Virus record (IMG/VR): IMGVR_UViG_2030936005_000025
Location: 192,001-256,000 of that record
Length of the DNA: 64,000 nucleotides
From: a virus
Lineage: Duplodnaviria; Caudoviricetes
Direction: 5' to 3' (one strand)
The position numbers and the translations under genes were made by a program. The notes beneath the pieces are model-generated. The model searched no databases, had not been told where the DNA came from, and worked only from the letters and a program-made list of their open reading frames with translations. Of the stretch, positions 26,016 through 36,098 are shown in pieces (positions within the stretch are counted from its first letter, which is position 1; the number at the start of each line of letters is the position of its first letter).

Positions 26016-28235
26016 ATGGATACATTTTCCAAAGTGATACCAGGTAAAGTAGTTAATAACGGTATTGTAAGCCGAGAGACTTTCTCTTCTGCTGTTCCCG
26101 TTATTTCTTCCCCTGCTCACTTTCCGGACTTTGCTGCCGTAACGCCTAAGGGCGCGACTAAGCACGGTACGGTGTCAATGGCGACCTTCAACGATAAGTT
26201 TGGGGACACCACTGACGCATTCGGGTTGTATTATAACCCGGTCACTCTCGCCATTCAAAAGTTAGGTGCTGCGGCACAAGCTTCTTTTGGTTTTAAGCGC
26301 CTGACTAACAACACAGTCAAAGCACGCGTGATCGCGGGTATTGCAATCTTCACCGGTGAAGTTCCAAACTATAAACGTGATACCATTACTGGTGATTACG
26401 AGTTTGATGACGCTGGTAACCCAATTGTCGATACTGACACCCCGACTGTTCAAGGTAAATGGGTTTGCCCAGGTGTCTTGAAAACGACCGGTGATGTTGG
26501 AACCGCCAAAGCATTTGAAGTTACTTCTGATGCATCTATCCCAGAAATTCCTGAAGGGACTGCCGGCAAGTTCTGGCCATTGAAAGAGTACGTCTCCGGT
26601 ATCGGTGACTACTACAACAACGGTTATGCTGCATTCGGTCATAACACACTGACTGATTGGAACGCCGTCACTGAGTTCATCGAAGCCAACGGTGCATTCC
26701 CGTTTGTTCTGAACATCGGTACTGTCACCGACGCTGGTCTGCGTGTACCTGCTGCTACCGTAAATGGTACGCCAGATACTACGTTCACCATGTTCGATGT
26801 GGTCTCTGCTGAGAACGTTCGTTACAGCCTGAAAGCGGCTGTGGATTCCTACACTGGTGCCAACGTTAACCGTCAGGTTGAAACCGTTGATGCACCGTTC
26901 GAAGACAGCTATGTTTACGCGAATAACGTAAACGCAGTTGCCAAAGAACTATATGATGCTGAATACGGTACTGGGTCTGCTGAAGTCCCGCCTGTTGTTC
27001 AGTCTAAGCGTTTCCCGAAATTCGCTATCATGAACATGTGGGATCTGGTTAACCATAATGGTGTTCCATACAAACATATCGTGTTTGGTGGCAACTTCAA
27101 TCTGGCGACTCAGGCGAACACTGTCACTGGTACCCGTATCAGTCTGAACCATTACCTGCAAGCTAACGGCGGTATCAACCCGTACGCTGACGCGGATGGT
27201 AAATACCTGGCAGCGCCAAGCAATTGGAACGCAGCTAAGTACGGTGACTGGGTTGTGGACAACAGTGATCCGGATGCTATCCTTTCTCATGCTCAGTGCT
27301 GGGAAATGAACCAGATGCTTCTGGAAGCTTGGCTGACCGAATATAAATCGTCTCTGGATATCAAAGACGTGATTCGTAACCGTATCTCTTTCCTTTGGGA
27401 TATGGGTTACAAACAGTCGATCAAAAACCTGATCATCAGCTTCATGTCTGTGCGTAAAGATTTCATCGCTGTTCCTTGTGCGACCGAATATCTGAAAGAC
27501 AAAACGCAGGATGAACTCTACTCTACCGCAACCATGTTGAATACTCGTATCAGCATGATTCCAGAGTCAGACGTTTATAAGTCTCACGCTTGCCGTGCGT
27601 CTATCAACCTGTGGAATGCACGCTACATCGACGAACCTACCTGGGGTCGTTTCACTCTGAACATCGATCTGATGTACTCCTTTGCTCTGGCAGGTGGTGG
27701 TTCTGATGGTCGTATCTTCGCAGCTCAGATGCCTGACCACGAAGGTAACCGTATCCTGCGTATTGCGCATGATCCGTTTGTTCAGTTCGAAGCTGACAAC
27801 CCAGCAGCAGCCAACCTGATTAACGGTAACATCACCGTTACTCCGATCACCGAGTCTCAGTTCTGCCGTCCGGCACTGCCTACTGTTTATGACAACATCA
27901 ACAGTGTGCTGAAAGATCTGACCAACGTGTGGAAGTGTGTGGTTGTTGAGAAGATTCTTCAAGATCAGTGGATCCAGGTTTCTGGCGATACTCAGATGAC
28001 CAAAGAAGGTTACCTGTCTACCGTTAAGGATAACTCTGAAGCTCTGATCCGCGATCGCTTCGGTTCAGTTATCGGTAACTGGGAAGTTGTGACTTCGTTC
28101 CTCGAAGATTCACCGACTTCTAAATCTGTGATGTATGCTGTTACTAAGCTGTGGCTGGGTAAAGGTGTGTACATGATGGATTCAGTGCTGGAAGCTTACA
28201 ACGAAGATAGCCTGGCAACCTCCACTGCAGCGTGA
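26016..28235 (+). CDS. tail sheath protein (phiKZ gp29-like)
   Basis: 739 aa; LWDMGY motif and sheath-like C-terminus; GAGGT RBS; precedes the tube gene. Confidence 0.85.
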   Translation: MDTFSKVIPGKVVNNGIVSRETFSSAVPVISSPAHFPDFAAVTPKGATKHGTVSMATFNDKFGDTTDAFGLYYNPVTLAIQKLGAAAQASFGFKRLTNNTVKARVIAGIAIFTGEVPNYKRDTITGDYEFDDAGNPIVDTDTPTVQGKWVCPGVLKTTGDVGTAKAFEVTSDASIPEIPEGTAGKFWPLKEYVSGIGDYYNNGYAAFGHNTLTDWNAVTEFIEANGAFPFVLNIGTVTDAGLRVPAATVNGTPDTTFTMFDVVSAENVRYSLKAAVDSYTGANVNRQVETVDAPFEDSYVYANNVNAVAKELYDAEYGTGSAEVPPVVQSKRFPKFAIMNMWDLVNHNGVPYKHIVFGGNFNLATQANTVTGTRISLNHYLQANGGINPYADADGKYLAAPSNWNAAKYGDWVVDNSDPDAILSHAQCWEMNQMLLEAWLTEYKSSLDIKDVIRNRISFLWDMGYKQSIKNLIISFMSVRKDFIAVPCATEYLKDKTQDELYSTATMLNTRISMIPESDVYKSHACRASINLWNARYIDEPTWGRFTLNIDLMYSFALAGGGSDGRIFAAQMPDHEGNRILRIAHDPFVQFEADNPAAANLINGNITVTPITESQFCRPALPTVYDNINSVLKDLTNVWKCVVVEKILQDQWIQVSGDTQMTKEGYLSTVKDNSEALIRDRFGSVIGNWEVVTSFLEDSPTSKSVMYAVTKLWLGKGVYMMDSVLEAYNEDSLATSTAA

Positions 28236-28248
28236 TAAGGAATAAGAA

Positions 28249-29151
28249 ATGAGCACTAACTTTCCGCATCGCGATAATCTGACCTTGATGCCGGGTAACT
28301 CTGAATTTAAACGCGCGTTTGATATTGGTGAAACACCAGTGATCAATGCCGCGGCCGGCGGTGAGTATGGTTTCGCACCAGACAACTTCCGCTATGTTTC
28401 AGAGCAGCCTTACGTATCGCAGCGTCCTTATTGCGTAAACCTGTCAACTCCGTCTGCATTCAGTTCGCTTCCAGCGGGTGCTGAGCTTCATGGTCTGCTT
28501 CGTGCATACATGGAAACTCGTAGCCGTAACTGGAGTGGTCTGACTGCTCGTACGACTGTTGATTATCATGACATCACTTGGGCAGGTGGTTCTACCCTGA
28601 GCTTCCCTGTTGGTTCAAGCCGTCAGTTCGGTTCCGTGACCCACATGGCACTGGACCCTGAAGGTGAGAGCTTCTCCAAGCTGTTTGATACCTGGATCGA
28701 CTATCTGTTGAACGACCCAGTGATTCGTCACCCGAAAATCATCACCCTGAACTACAGCGGTGATCTGCTTCTGGACGAAATCTCTATGAGTTCGGTTTAC
28801 TTTGAACCGACTCGTAACTGGAAAGACGTTCGTCACGCATTCATTTGCTTGGCACAGATGCCGAAAGAAGGTCCGAACTACGAGTTTGGCTTTGATGTCG
28901 ATAACGGCTCAGGCGCAGTTCGTGAAATCAGTACCGAGTTTACTGGTCTGATTGAGTTCGATACCTTGGCCGCTAAACAGATCGCACGTGCTGTAATGAA
29001 GCGTATGCCTCTTTACAACCCAGCCGGTCGCGCAGCGCCAGCAGGCTTCCTGGTACCAACTGCAACTCTGCAGGGTCTGCCGAATAACGGTCTGACTTCT
29101 CTGATGCAGCAAGATGCCCGCCGTATCTCTGATCCTAAGTATATGGCATAA
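28249..29151 (+). CDS. tail tube protein (phiKZ gp30-like)
   Basis: 300 aa directly after the sheath gene; size and synteny. Confidence 0.8.
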   Translation: MSTNFPHRDNLTLMPGNSEFKRAFDIGETPVINAAAGGEYGFAPDNFRYVSEQPYVSQRPYCVNLSTPSAFSSLPAGAELHGLLRAYMETRSRNWSGLTARTTVDYHDITWAGGSTLSFPVGSSRQFGSVTHMALDPEGESFSKLFDTWIDYLLNDPVIRHPKIITLNYSGDLLLDEISMSSVYFEPTRNWKDVRHAFICLAQMPKEGPNYEFGFDVDNGSGAVREISTEFTGLIEFDTLAAKQIARAVMKRMPLYNPAGRAAPAGFLVPTATLQGLPNNGLTSLMQQDARRISDPKYMA

Positions 29152-29170
29152 AAAAAATACATAAGTATTT

Positions 29171-29202
29171 ACTCCTACTCACCTGGAAGGGTGAGTAGGA
29201 GT
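29171..29202. terminator. 13-bp hairpin of the CTACTC family
   Basis: ACTCCTACTCACC...GGTGAGTAGGAGT followed by TTTTTG; A-run upstream, so probably bidirectional. Confidence 0.8.
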
Positions 29203-29213
29203 TTTTGTTGTGC

Positions 29214-29624
29214 CTAACAATTTCTTATGTAACTTTTCAACTTTAACTGTATCTCGGATAACATCTTTCCATTAACAGGATCGAACGCCAATAAGTTAGC
29301 GGGATCCTTCATGTTACTAAAATCAAAAAGATATTTGGAAAGACGACTGGTCTTATACCGGGATATAAAATGTTCGACTTGCTCAACAGGATTTACACCA
29401 TCTATGATTGGAAAGGTAATGGTCTCCGTCTTCCCTTTCCAACGATAAGTGCACAGCCGGGTATTGGGCTTGCCGGTTACAATGATCCTTCTGTTATTGT
29501 GAATAATAACAAAGCTATCACTGGTTTCCGTATAGGTGACTTTGTCCTTCTTCACCCCATCCATGACATGCCCTATACCCATAGCCATCAAGAACAAGAG
29601 AAAGAAAAGGATAAATGTCATCAT
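29214..29624 (-). CDS. hypothetical membrane-anchored protein
   Basis: 136 aa; N-terminal hydrophobic helix. Confidence 0.7.
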   Translation of the reverse strand: MMTFILFFLLFLMAMGIGHVMDGVKKDKVTYTETSDSFVIIHNNRRIIVTGKPNTRLCTYRWKGKTETITFPIIDGVNPVEQVEHFISRYKTSRLSKYLFDFSNMKDPANLLAFDPVNGKMLSEIQLKLKSYIRNC

Positions 29625-30082
29625 CGCTTCAATAACACCTTCAGTAGTAAATTCCTTTTGAACTCTCGATATAACGAGAGATCCTCTTTGGTCAGATATA
29701 GACCTTTGAGTTTGGTTTCTTCGATTACACCTTCAGCCAGAGAGATAAAGTTTTCATGCACGCCTTCTAAGTGTTTAATTAAATTCACGTAGTCACGGAA
29801 TGAAGAATTACTCGGTAGCTGAATGCTCATGTGCCTTACACCTTTTACTGTGTAAGTAGGTGAAACTATATTCTCATTGTAGAGTATGTCAAGCGTCCAA
29901 TATCGGGAACGTTCATCGATCAAAGATAAATGGAATCGATTAACGAGCACCTGGTGCCAACTTAGTTTATGTTTCGATGGAGGGATGTCTCGAATCCACC
30001 ACCAACCTCCACCACCAACAAGAGCTAATATTCCACATACTGTAAGCGCTAACATCAACCAGTCATTAGGGTTGCGTAACAC
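29621..30082 (-). CDS. hypothetical membrane-anchored protein
   Basis: 153 aa; N-terminal TM helix ending GGGGWWW. Confidence 0.7.
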   Translation of the reverse strand: MLRNPNDWLMLALTVCGILALVGGGGWWWIRDIPPSKHKLSWHQVLVNRFHLSLIDERSRYWTLDILYNENIVSPTYTVKGVRHMSIQLPSNSSFRDYVNLIKHLEGVHENFISLAEGVIEETKLKGLYLTKEDLSLYREFKRNLLLKVLLKR

Positions 30083-30788
30083 TACCTCCTCCTAGAGCGA
30101 TATAGGTTGCTCTGATTAATTCCAGAGCGCTCTTTTCATCGTACAGTTTCTCAGCAAAATCATCCCATTCAGGTTTAAAAAATTCCATACCGATATCTGG
30201 GTAACTCTTCCAGTGATAACCTTCGGCACCAAATTTCTCTATGAGATGATTGTAGACATCCTCCACGATGACTACCTCGTCCATGTTTCGCTTGAGACGG
30301 AATTGAACTGCCCGACGCACATATTTGGCAAAGTCTGGCGCACCACTATCTGCGACGCTAACGATGGAGCTAATCAGTGAGCTGGGTTTGTAATGGTTAG
30401 AACTACGGTGCTCAAGCACCGCCGTGGCGATAGTCATTACTTCATCATCATCAAACTCATCAAACCACAAAGTGTCGATAAGCTGATATGTTAATCCGTA
30501 TCCTATCAAATGATGCTGCGAACGTTCATACCGACAACCAATGTCATGGAGCAGACATGCGACGTAAACCAGCAGGGTATCAGTTTCGTTAAGTTCTACT
30601 TTCTTACAGATCTCTTTTGCCAGTTTACAGACATCGTAAACATGAGACAAATTGTGCGCCGGATCATTTAAGGAAATAGAATGAACACAATGGCGGAGGA
30701 ACTCTCTTCTGATACGATGATCAAAGAGCTCAGCCCATTCAATCTCCGTAGCAATGAGTTTCTCGTCCAATGTAATAACGTTTTCCAT
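30066..30788 (-). CDS. HD-domain metal-dependent phosphohydrolase
   Basis: DPAHNLSH, LLHDIG, EH and ADS motifs. Confidence 0.85.
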   Translation of the reverse strand: MENVITLDEKLIATEIEWAELFDHRIRREFLRHCVHSISLNDPAHNLSHVYDVCKLAKEICKKVELNETDTLLVYVACLLHDIGCRYERSQHHLIGYGLTYQLIDTLWFDEFDDDEVMTIATAVLEHRSSNHYKPSSLISSIVSVADSGAPDFAKYVRRAVQFRLKRNMDEVVIVEDVYNHLIEKFGAEGYHWKSYPDIGMEFFKPEWDDFAEKLYDEKSALELIRATYIALGGGSVTQP

Positions 30789-30831
30789 TTAAGCTTCCTT
30801 CGTAAACTAACTATGTAAGGGTATCGACATA

Positions 30832-30839
30832 ATAATATC
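30832..30839 (-). promoter_or_regulatory. putative early promoter (GATATTAT)
   Basis: Recurrent motif upstream of the HD gene. Confidence 0.55.
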
Positions 30840-30878
30840 TGTCTATTTATTATTTTAATAAAAAAAGTAAAGGAACGA

Positions 30879-30906
30879 AGCTAGAGTGCGAATTCGCACT
30901 CTAGCT
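30879..30906 (-). terminator. perfect 28-bp palindrome/terminator
   Basis: AGCTAGAGTGCGAATTCGCACTCTAGCT after the stop of 30919-31584, with a T-tract on the minus strand. Confidence 0.7.
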
Positions 30907-30918
30907 ACAAAGGATTAA

Positions 30919-31584
30919 TTAAGGTTCTTCTGCAGCAGCAATATATGTGTTGTCAAGATCCAGTTTCAGACCTTCACATGTATCACGTACTTTGGACATC
31001 GCCTTATCCAATTGCTTGGCGGTAAACAGCGGACTCCAGGCAATCCCTTCGACCATGTTATCTTCAGTACCCTTATCAATCACGAATGCTAAGATAGTAT
31101 CGCCAGGTAGTGAAGCGGCTTTATGTAAACCTGCCAGATAGTCATTATCACCGTTGGCTGTTGAGAATACTGGGTCTCGGTTCTCATCTGCCTCACGAAT
31201 ATCGGTTACATCTTTACCGTATTCCATGATGGAGATATCCACCTTACCTTTGGGAACGTAACCCTCATCATTGACAATCGAGTAACTGATGGCAGCTCCC
31301 TTCATACGTAAGTCACAAACAAATACAACAGCCGCAGGCTTAGTGTCTTTGCCCTTCAGTCCCACGGTATAACCAAACAGGTTTTCCTGGAACTTAAAGT
31401 TCTTAACCGTTAACTGATCAGCCATTACACCTTTGTGGAGAACTTTACCGTAGAACTTATCGGCATCTAACTGAGATTGAACTTTGGCGTTCTTGCTCAG
31501 ATCAACCTGACCATCGTCAGATTTATCACAACCGACCAACAGAAATACCACAACCAACATAATGCAGCTAAAGAGCTTTTTCAT
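30919..31584 (-). CDS. lipoprotein, member of a 5-gene exported paralog array
   Basis: Lipobox LLVG/C; two further Cys (FVCD, DTCE). Confidence 0.75.
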   Translation of the reverse strand: MKKLFSCIMLVVVFLLVGCDKSDDGQVDLSKNAKVQSQLDADKFYGKVLHKGVMADQLTVKNFKFQENLFGYTVGLKGKDTKPAAVVFVCDLRMKGAAISYSIVNDEGYVPKGKVDISIMEYGKDVTDIREADENRDPVFSTANGDNDYLAGLHKAASLPGDTILAFVIDKGTEDNMVEGIAWSPLFTAKQLDKAMSKVRDTCEGLKLDLDNTYIAAAEEP

Positions 31585-31612
31585 CTACTTATTTCCTATG
31601 AATGGACATAAC

Positions 31613-31640
31613 AACTCTACCCCCAAACGGAGGTAGAGTT
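31613..31640 (-). terminator. hairpin of the CTACTC-like family
   Basis: AACTCTACC...GGTAGAGTT. Confidence 0.55.
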
Positions 31641-31646
31641 GAGAGG

Positions 31647-32261
31647 TTATTTGTTTTGGGTAGAACAAGGATGTTGGTTCAGGGTCAGGGCCGAAGTCAT
31701 GACAACTAAATCAACAGGAATGAATACTGCTTTTGAAGATGCTTGCACTTCTTCTAAGGAGTTGGCTACCCCGAAGACAAAGTACTTGAAACCTTCTTTA
31801 GCGAGATTGTCTTTCAATTGGAATGCAGTGATCATGAAGGCATCGCCCACAGGAACCTTATCACCCTTTGAAATAATCCCGCGCCATGCAGAAGCAACAA
31901 TGACATTTGATTTGGACTTAGCCATGTTGAAATAAATCTTATTGGCTGTTGGCGGGTTCTTGCCATCCAAACTGGTTACTTCCCAGGTGAAACCATCGTG
32001 AGAGCCTGGTGTGACACACTGCATCGTTACCTTGGCATTCTGGTCAGGGAAGGTAAAGCTCAGAGGTTCAACCTCATTACTAATTGCATCCTTGACACCA
32101 ACTGCCTTAGCAACTTCAGTGTTCTTCTGGGTATCTACAGTCCCCGAAGGTCCTGATAAAATACCGATAACCAGAATTGCACCGATGACTATCATCAGCC
32201 ACTGCCACTTAGTGAGTTTCTTTTCTTTCATTTGCTCTTTCTCAGGCCACTCGCCCATCAA
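31647..32261 (-). CDS. membrane-anchored exported protein, paralog array
   Basis: N-terminal TM helix; MQCV...HPCS Cys pair. Confidence 0.7.
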   Translation of the reverse strand: MMGEWPEKEQMKEKKLTKWQWLMIVIGAILVIGILSGPSGTVDTQKNTEVAKAVGVKDAISNEVEPLSFTFPDQNAKVTMQCVTPGSHDGFTWEVTSLDGKNPPTANKIYFNMAKSKSNVIVASAWRGIISKGDKVPVGDAFMITAFQLKDNLAKEGFKYFVFGVANSLEEVQASSKAVFIPVDLVVMTSALTLNQHPCSTQNK

Positions 32262-32273
32262 CTTAATGATTGA

Positions 32274-32906
32274 TTAAATCGTATCGGTGAGGTTCTTCAG
32301 CGGGTATACCGAAGTCGCACCGCCGTTAATCTGACAACCTTTGGCATCCGGATATTCATCCATTGCATTCAGGATCTTCGATAGATAACCGCTGGGTAGT
32401 AACATCGAATGCGCGATTGGATTCTGATTGATTCCGCCAGTGGTTTCAAAGAACTCAAAGGAAATGAAGCCAGCCCCATTAAGTTTCTTCAGACGTTCAA
32501 AAGACTTGCGCAGATTATCTTTATCTTTGGTACTGTCAAAGACTTTGACATCACCGCCGTGTTTATAACCACCATCAGGACCGTCATACACGTTGACCAA
32601 GAAACCTGTCGCACCTTGCGCTTTACCACCCAGGACATCGTTCATGTAATAGAACGCTGTGATGGTTGCCTGCGTGGTATCACACTGAAGGACCACACGT
32701 TGAACGGTGTTGGTTTCAGTATTCTTCAACGTCAGAGTAACATCGGCAATGCCGTCCATTACTTTATCCGCAGAGACAGAAGCACGGTCAGCAACCAGTG
32801 CGGTTTGTTTAACGTCTTCTTTGACATCGTAACTGGCTGCTTGGACAACCGTTGCGTAACCGCATAAAGAGACGCAAAGTGCAATTAAGAACTTATTGAT
32901 TTTCAT
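32274..32906 (-). CDS. secreted protein, paralog array
   Basis: Sec signal ending VQA; LQCD...KGCQ Cys pair. Confidence 0.75.
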   Translation of the reverse strand: MKINKFLIALCVSLCGYATVVQAASYDVKEDVKQTALVADRASVSADKVMDGIADVTLTLKNTETNTVQRVVLQCDTTQATITAFYYMNDVLGGKAQGATGFLVNVYDGPDGGYKHGGDVKVFDSTKDKDNLRKSFERLKKLNGAGFISFEFFETTGGINQNPIAHSMLLPSGYLSKILNAMDEYPDAKGCQINGGATSVYPLKNLTDTI

Positions 32907-33489
32907 CAGAGTGACCTATCAATGGTAAAATGGAATTAAACTTTGTGGCTTCACAAACACTTAAATCGGAATGTTCAAGATCCCGTTTAAATATCCGTGA
33001 AGGAATGATGTCGGACCAGGCTTGTGTAATAATGTCGTGTTCGTTTACATATGTTTCAAACGTGATTACCACTCCCCACTCACCTTCCCCCAATAAACCC
33101 TTCAGAGCGGAAACAAGATATTTACCTTGCCCAGACATGCCTGCATCATAAATGACCGCAGAAGGTGCATGATAAGGAGGAGACATCTTCAACCATCCTC
33201 GAGGATATCGTTGAATTGTAAAGTAGTTTGCGTTGGTAACTTGGAATCCTTCATGAGTGATGTAATAGGCCACATTCATCTCTTGTTTATTCTCATCACA
33301 CGTGATAATAACAAACTCTGGATTTTTATCGTCACCATTGCTGTACGTAATCTGCGTTCTACCTAAGACATTGAAAACATCAAATTTTGGATAGGGAGCG
33401 ATCACATTGATGTAGTCTGTACCGGGATCGGCAAATGCCTTTAAAGTAAAACAAATAACAAGTAATACCATCAAACGTTTCATGCACAC
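32893..33489 (-). CDS. secreted protein, paralog array
   Basis: Sec signal ending AFA; ITCD...SVCE Cys pair. Confidence 0.75.
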   Translation of the reverse strand: MCMKRLMVLLVICFTLKAFADPGTDYINVIAPYPKFDVFNVLGRTQITYSNGDDKNPEFVIITCDENKQEMNVAYYITHEGFQVTNANYFTIQRYPRGWLKMSPPYHAPSAVIYDAGMSGQGKYLVSALKGLLGEGEWGVVITFETYVNEHDIITQAWSDIIPSRIFKRDLEHSDLSVCEATKFNSILPLIGHSDENQ

Positions 33490-33567
33490 CCTTTATTAAG
33501 CCCTACAACCCAAAAGGCCGCAAGGCTTAAAATCAATTTGATTATGTATACCTGTTATTTCATCCAA

Positions 33568-34113
33568 CTAAAAAATGGCTTGATCTTTGTCGAAGTTAAC
33601 TGGGCAAGCAGTACTGAGTCTCCCCAACAGCTTTTTCCAGTCATCACCAACGATAAAGAATTCTTCACCCTCTTGTTGAACCACAGGTAAGTTATCGGGA
33701 TTTTTGCTGAGTGCCTTTTCGTAAGTTGCTTTAGTCCCAACTGGGAATCGAGCGATCACGAAAGCTTTATCTGCATTCAGAACATTATAATAGGCCTCAC
33801 CTTGAGTGGTGCCCAGCATCCCAACAATGAACTTACCTGCTGTATCCAGCGATTGCATATTCACCACACCGAACTTACGGAACACGAATACATCGTACTG
33901 GTGACCACCACCGTTGTACGTCATATTCAGCTTGTGAGTCTTGGTGTTGCAGATCAATGCAACTTCACCACCTTGTTCACCACGGTTCGTCATACCGATC
34001 AGATGTTCCATACCGGGAGTCGTTGGAAGTGCTTTCCAACCAAACTCAGAAGCAACAACTGAACCAGAGAACAGACCAACTACACACAGCAGAGCAGCAA
34101 TAACCTTTTTCAT
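33568..34113 (-). CDS. secreted protein, paralog array (start revised to 34113)
   Basis: MKKVIAALL...VVA signal peptide with AAGG RBS; LICN...TACP Cys pair. Confidence 0.75.
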   Translation of the reverse strand: MKKVIAALLCVVGLFSGSVVASEFGWKALPTTPGMEHLIGMTNRGEQGGEVALICNTKTHKLNMTYNGGGHQYDVFVFRKFGVVNMQSLDTAGKFIVGMLGTTQGEAYYNVLNADKAFVIARFPVGTKATYEKALSKNPDNLPVVQQEGEEFFIVGDDWKKLLGRLSTACPVNFDKDQAIF

Positions 34114-34153
34114 TACAGTACCTTTAATTAAATTAAGTGAGTTATACACTTTA

Positions 34154-34161
34154 ATAATATC
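34154..34161 (-). promoter_or_regulatory. putative early promoter (GATATTAT)
   Basis: Recurrent motif directly upstream of the exported-protein array. Confidence 0.55.
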
Positions 34162-34185
34162 GAACTGAACCGTGATGGAACTGAA

Positions 34186-34785
34186 TCAAAGGCGGCCTTT
34201 ATATGTCTCCATTGCCGCTTTTGCATCCGTTATAGCAGAGGTAATGAATTTGTTAAGTTTAATGATCAGCTCAACAAAGTCCTTTTCCTTATGCTCATAA
34301 AGTCTTGCTTTGTCCTCACAAGAAGCAATTTCAAAGAAGAAGTCATGAGTAGTGGATGTCCCTATCGCAATCGTGGAAGTATAGACTGCGGAAGGTCCTG
34401 TGGAGGAATTCAGAAAGTCCTTTATTACAAACACTTTATCACGATCGAAATAGTCTTTGTACTCTGAGATAAACCGCCCCAAAACATCCCTGATCAATTC
34501 GAGCTTTCGAACATAGTCCTTCAGTGCATCCATCGGACCAATGTTGTTATTGGCATGAAGTTTGACAATCTGAGAACCAATCCCGAACGTTAACTCGAAT
34601 ATCGCAAACATCTGTTCACGAGGATAGAAATCATCCTTCGTTAACTGAGAAGGATCCAATTCCCCCTTTTCAGGCTTTACCGTCCATACCGTTGCATTAG
34701 ATAACTCATGACGATAAGAGACCGTATTAAGAAAAGGAGACCGTTGTAGCCAATCACGTTTAAAGGTACGTTTAACCCACGCCAT
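34186..34785 (-). CDS. hypothetical protein (paralog of 36058-36636)
   Basis: 199 aa; KDFLN...FEIASCEDKARLY. Confidence 0.75.
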   Translation of the reverse strand: MAWVKRTFKRDWLQRSPFLNTVSYRHELSNATVWTVKPEKGELDPSQLTKDDFYPREQMFAIFELTFGIGSQIVKLHANNNIGPMDALKDYVRKLELIRDVLGRFISEYKDYFDRDKVFVIKDFLNSSTGPSAVYTSTIAIGTSTTHDFFFEIASCEDKARLYEHKEKDFVELIIKLNKFITSAITDAKAAMETYKGRL

Positions 34786-35290
34786 TATAACTCTCCAAAG
34801 CTTTACGGGCTTTCTCTATCATGATGTGGTATTTGTCTACCTTACCTTGATAAAGCGGTGAAGAACACCCTTTATGGCGGAATCTCATTTCATCAGAGAT
34901 CGACCAGTTTCCATCACCATCTGAAGTCTGGTAGATGCTCCCACCTATATTCATCCATTTCCTGAACTCCACTGCCTTACGTACTGCCTCTTTCTCAACC
35001 CAATTATTAAAGTATTCCATGTGTTCTTTCTTGAGAATCATGGTAAACCCTGTTTGGCTAGAGATAGTAATGGAGTGATACCGCAGTTTGCGTAAATCAA
35101 CTTTGAGCACAAGAAACTCATAGTCAGGTTTGATCTTAGACTTCAAAGCACAATTAGCTATTTTGAACTCATGGTCTAATAAATCAAAGATCTGATCGAA
35201 TGTGATATGTTTGTGAACAAAAGCTAGACAAGAACGCTCTCTGAGATAATCAAGATTATTCATCAGCTGATTAATCTGATCTTCTTTCAT
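34772..35290 (-). CDS. hypothetical protein
   Basis: 172 aa; overlaps neighbour. Confidence 0.7.
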   Translation of the reverse strand: MKEDQINQLMNNLDYLRERSCLAFVHKHITFDQIFDLLDHEFKIANCALKSKIKPDYEFLVLKVDLRKLRYHSITISSQTGFTMILKKEHMEYFNNWVEKEAVRKAVEFRKWMNIGGSIYQTSDGDGNWSISDEMRFRHKGCSSPLYQGKVDKYHIMIEKARKALESYNGVG

Positions 35291-35791
35291 TTACCACCAC
35301 CGTTGATAGAAACTTTCATCCTCGCATTCTTCAAAGGTATCCGGTTTACGAATACGCCATGACTTACACCAGGCAATCAGTTTATTGATGTTCTCATCTG
35401 TGACGGTAATCGAATAACTACCGCGGGTGATGACAACGTGAATAGCAGGCGGATGTGTCGGTTTATAAATATTCACCCATTGACGGTCCCAACCTGTGAC
35501 GCTTAACTCAGGATGATTGATGGACGTCATGGTAACATTGAGATATTTATAAGGACGATACAATTCACCCATAGCCGACATACGCTGTGGGCCCAACGTG
35601 TAGCCATTCTGAATCGAATTGGCAATACGAGTCAACTCTTCATCGAAAGACTGGCAGATGAGCTTGTAGGTACGTTTAGAACGCCTTCTGACCGCATTAA
35701 TCGTACTGATACGAAAACGCGCCAGTTCTTTATAGAAATCACTTTCCATATTTCTTTCTCCAGTCAGCAAGATTGGTTGCCTTAGGGGCAT
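35291..35791 (-). CDS. hypothetical protein (paralog of 35739-36098)
   Basis: True start is probably MESDFYKEL. Confidence 0.7.
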   Translation of the reverse strand: MPLRQPILLTGERNMESDFYKELARFRISTINAVRRRSKRTYKLICQSFDEELTRIANSIQNGYTLGPQRMSAMGELYRPYKYLNVTMTSINHPELSVTGWDRQWVNIYKPTHPPAIHVVITRGSYSITVTDENINKLIAWCKSWRIRKPDTFEECEDESFYQRWW

Positions 35792-36098
35792 GCATAACCC
35801 AATCCATGATCAAGTGATGATTGGATTCATCAATGGTTAATGTTCTTCCACCCAATGGCGAGCCAATAGTAAATGACTTGTTACCGGGTGTGAAAGTGAA
35901 GTATCTGCTATTAATGAAATGACTTCCACCGAACAGAGAGATTTTAGCGATTAGCTTTAATTCCTCTTTTACCTCGTGCAGATTTCTTTTGTCGGTAAAG
36001 CCAGTTACGGATCCTCCAATCGACCTGGCTACAATATAACCAAGCTCTCTATTGAAGTCACTTTTCATCTTCTTTCTTCCCCACAGGGAGTTGATCAA
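35739..36098 (-). CDS. hypothetical protein (paralog of 35291-35791)
   Basis: True start is probably MKSDFNREL. Confidence 0.7.
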   Translation of the reverse strand: MINSLWGRKKMKSDFNRELGYIVARSIGGSVTGFTDKRNLHEVKEELKLIAKISLFGGSHFINSRYFTFTPGNKSFTIGSPLGGRTLTIDESNHHLIMDWVMHAPKATNLADWRKKYGK

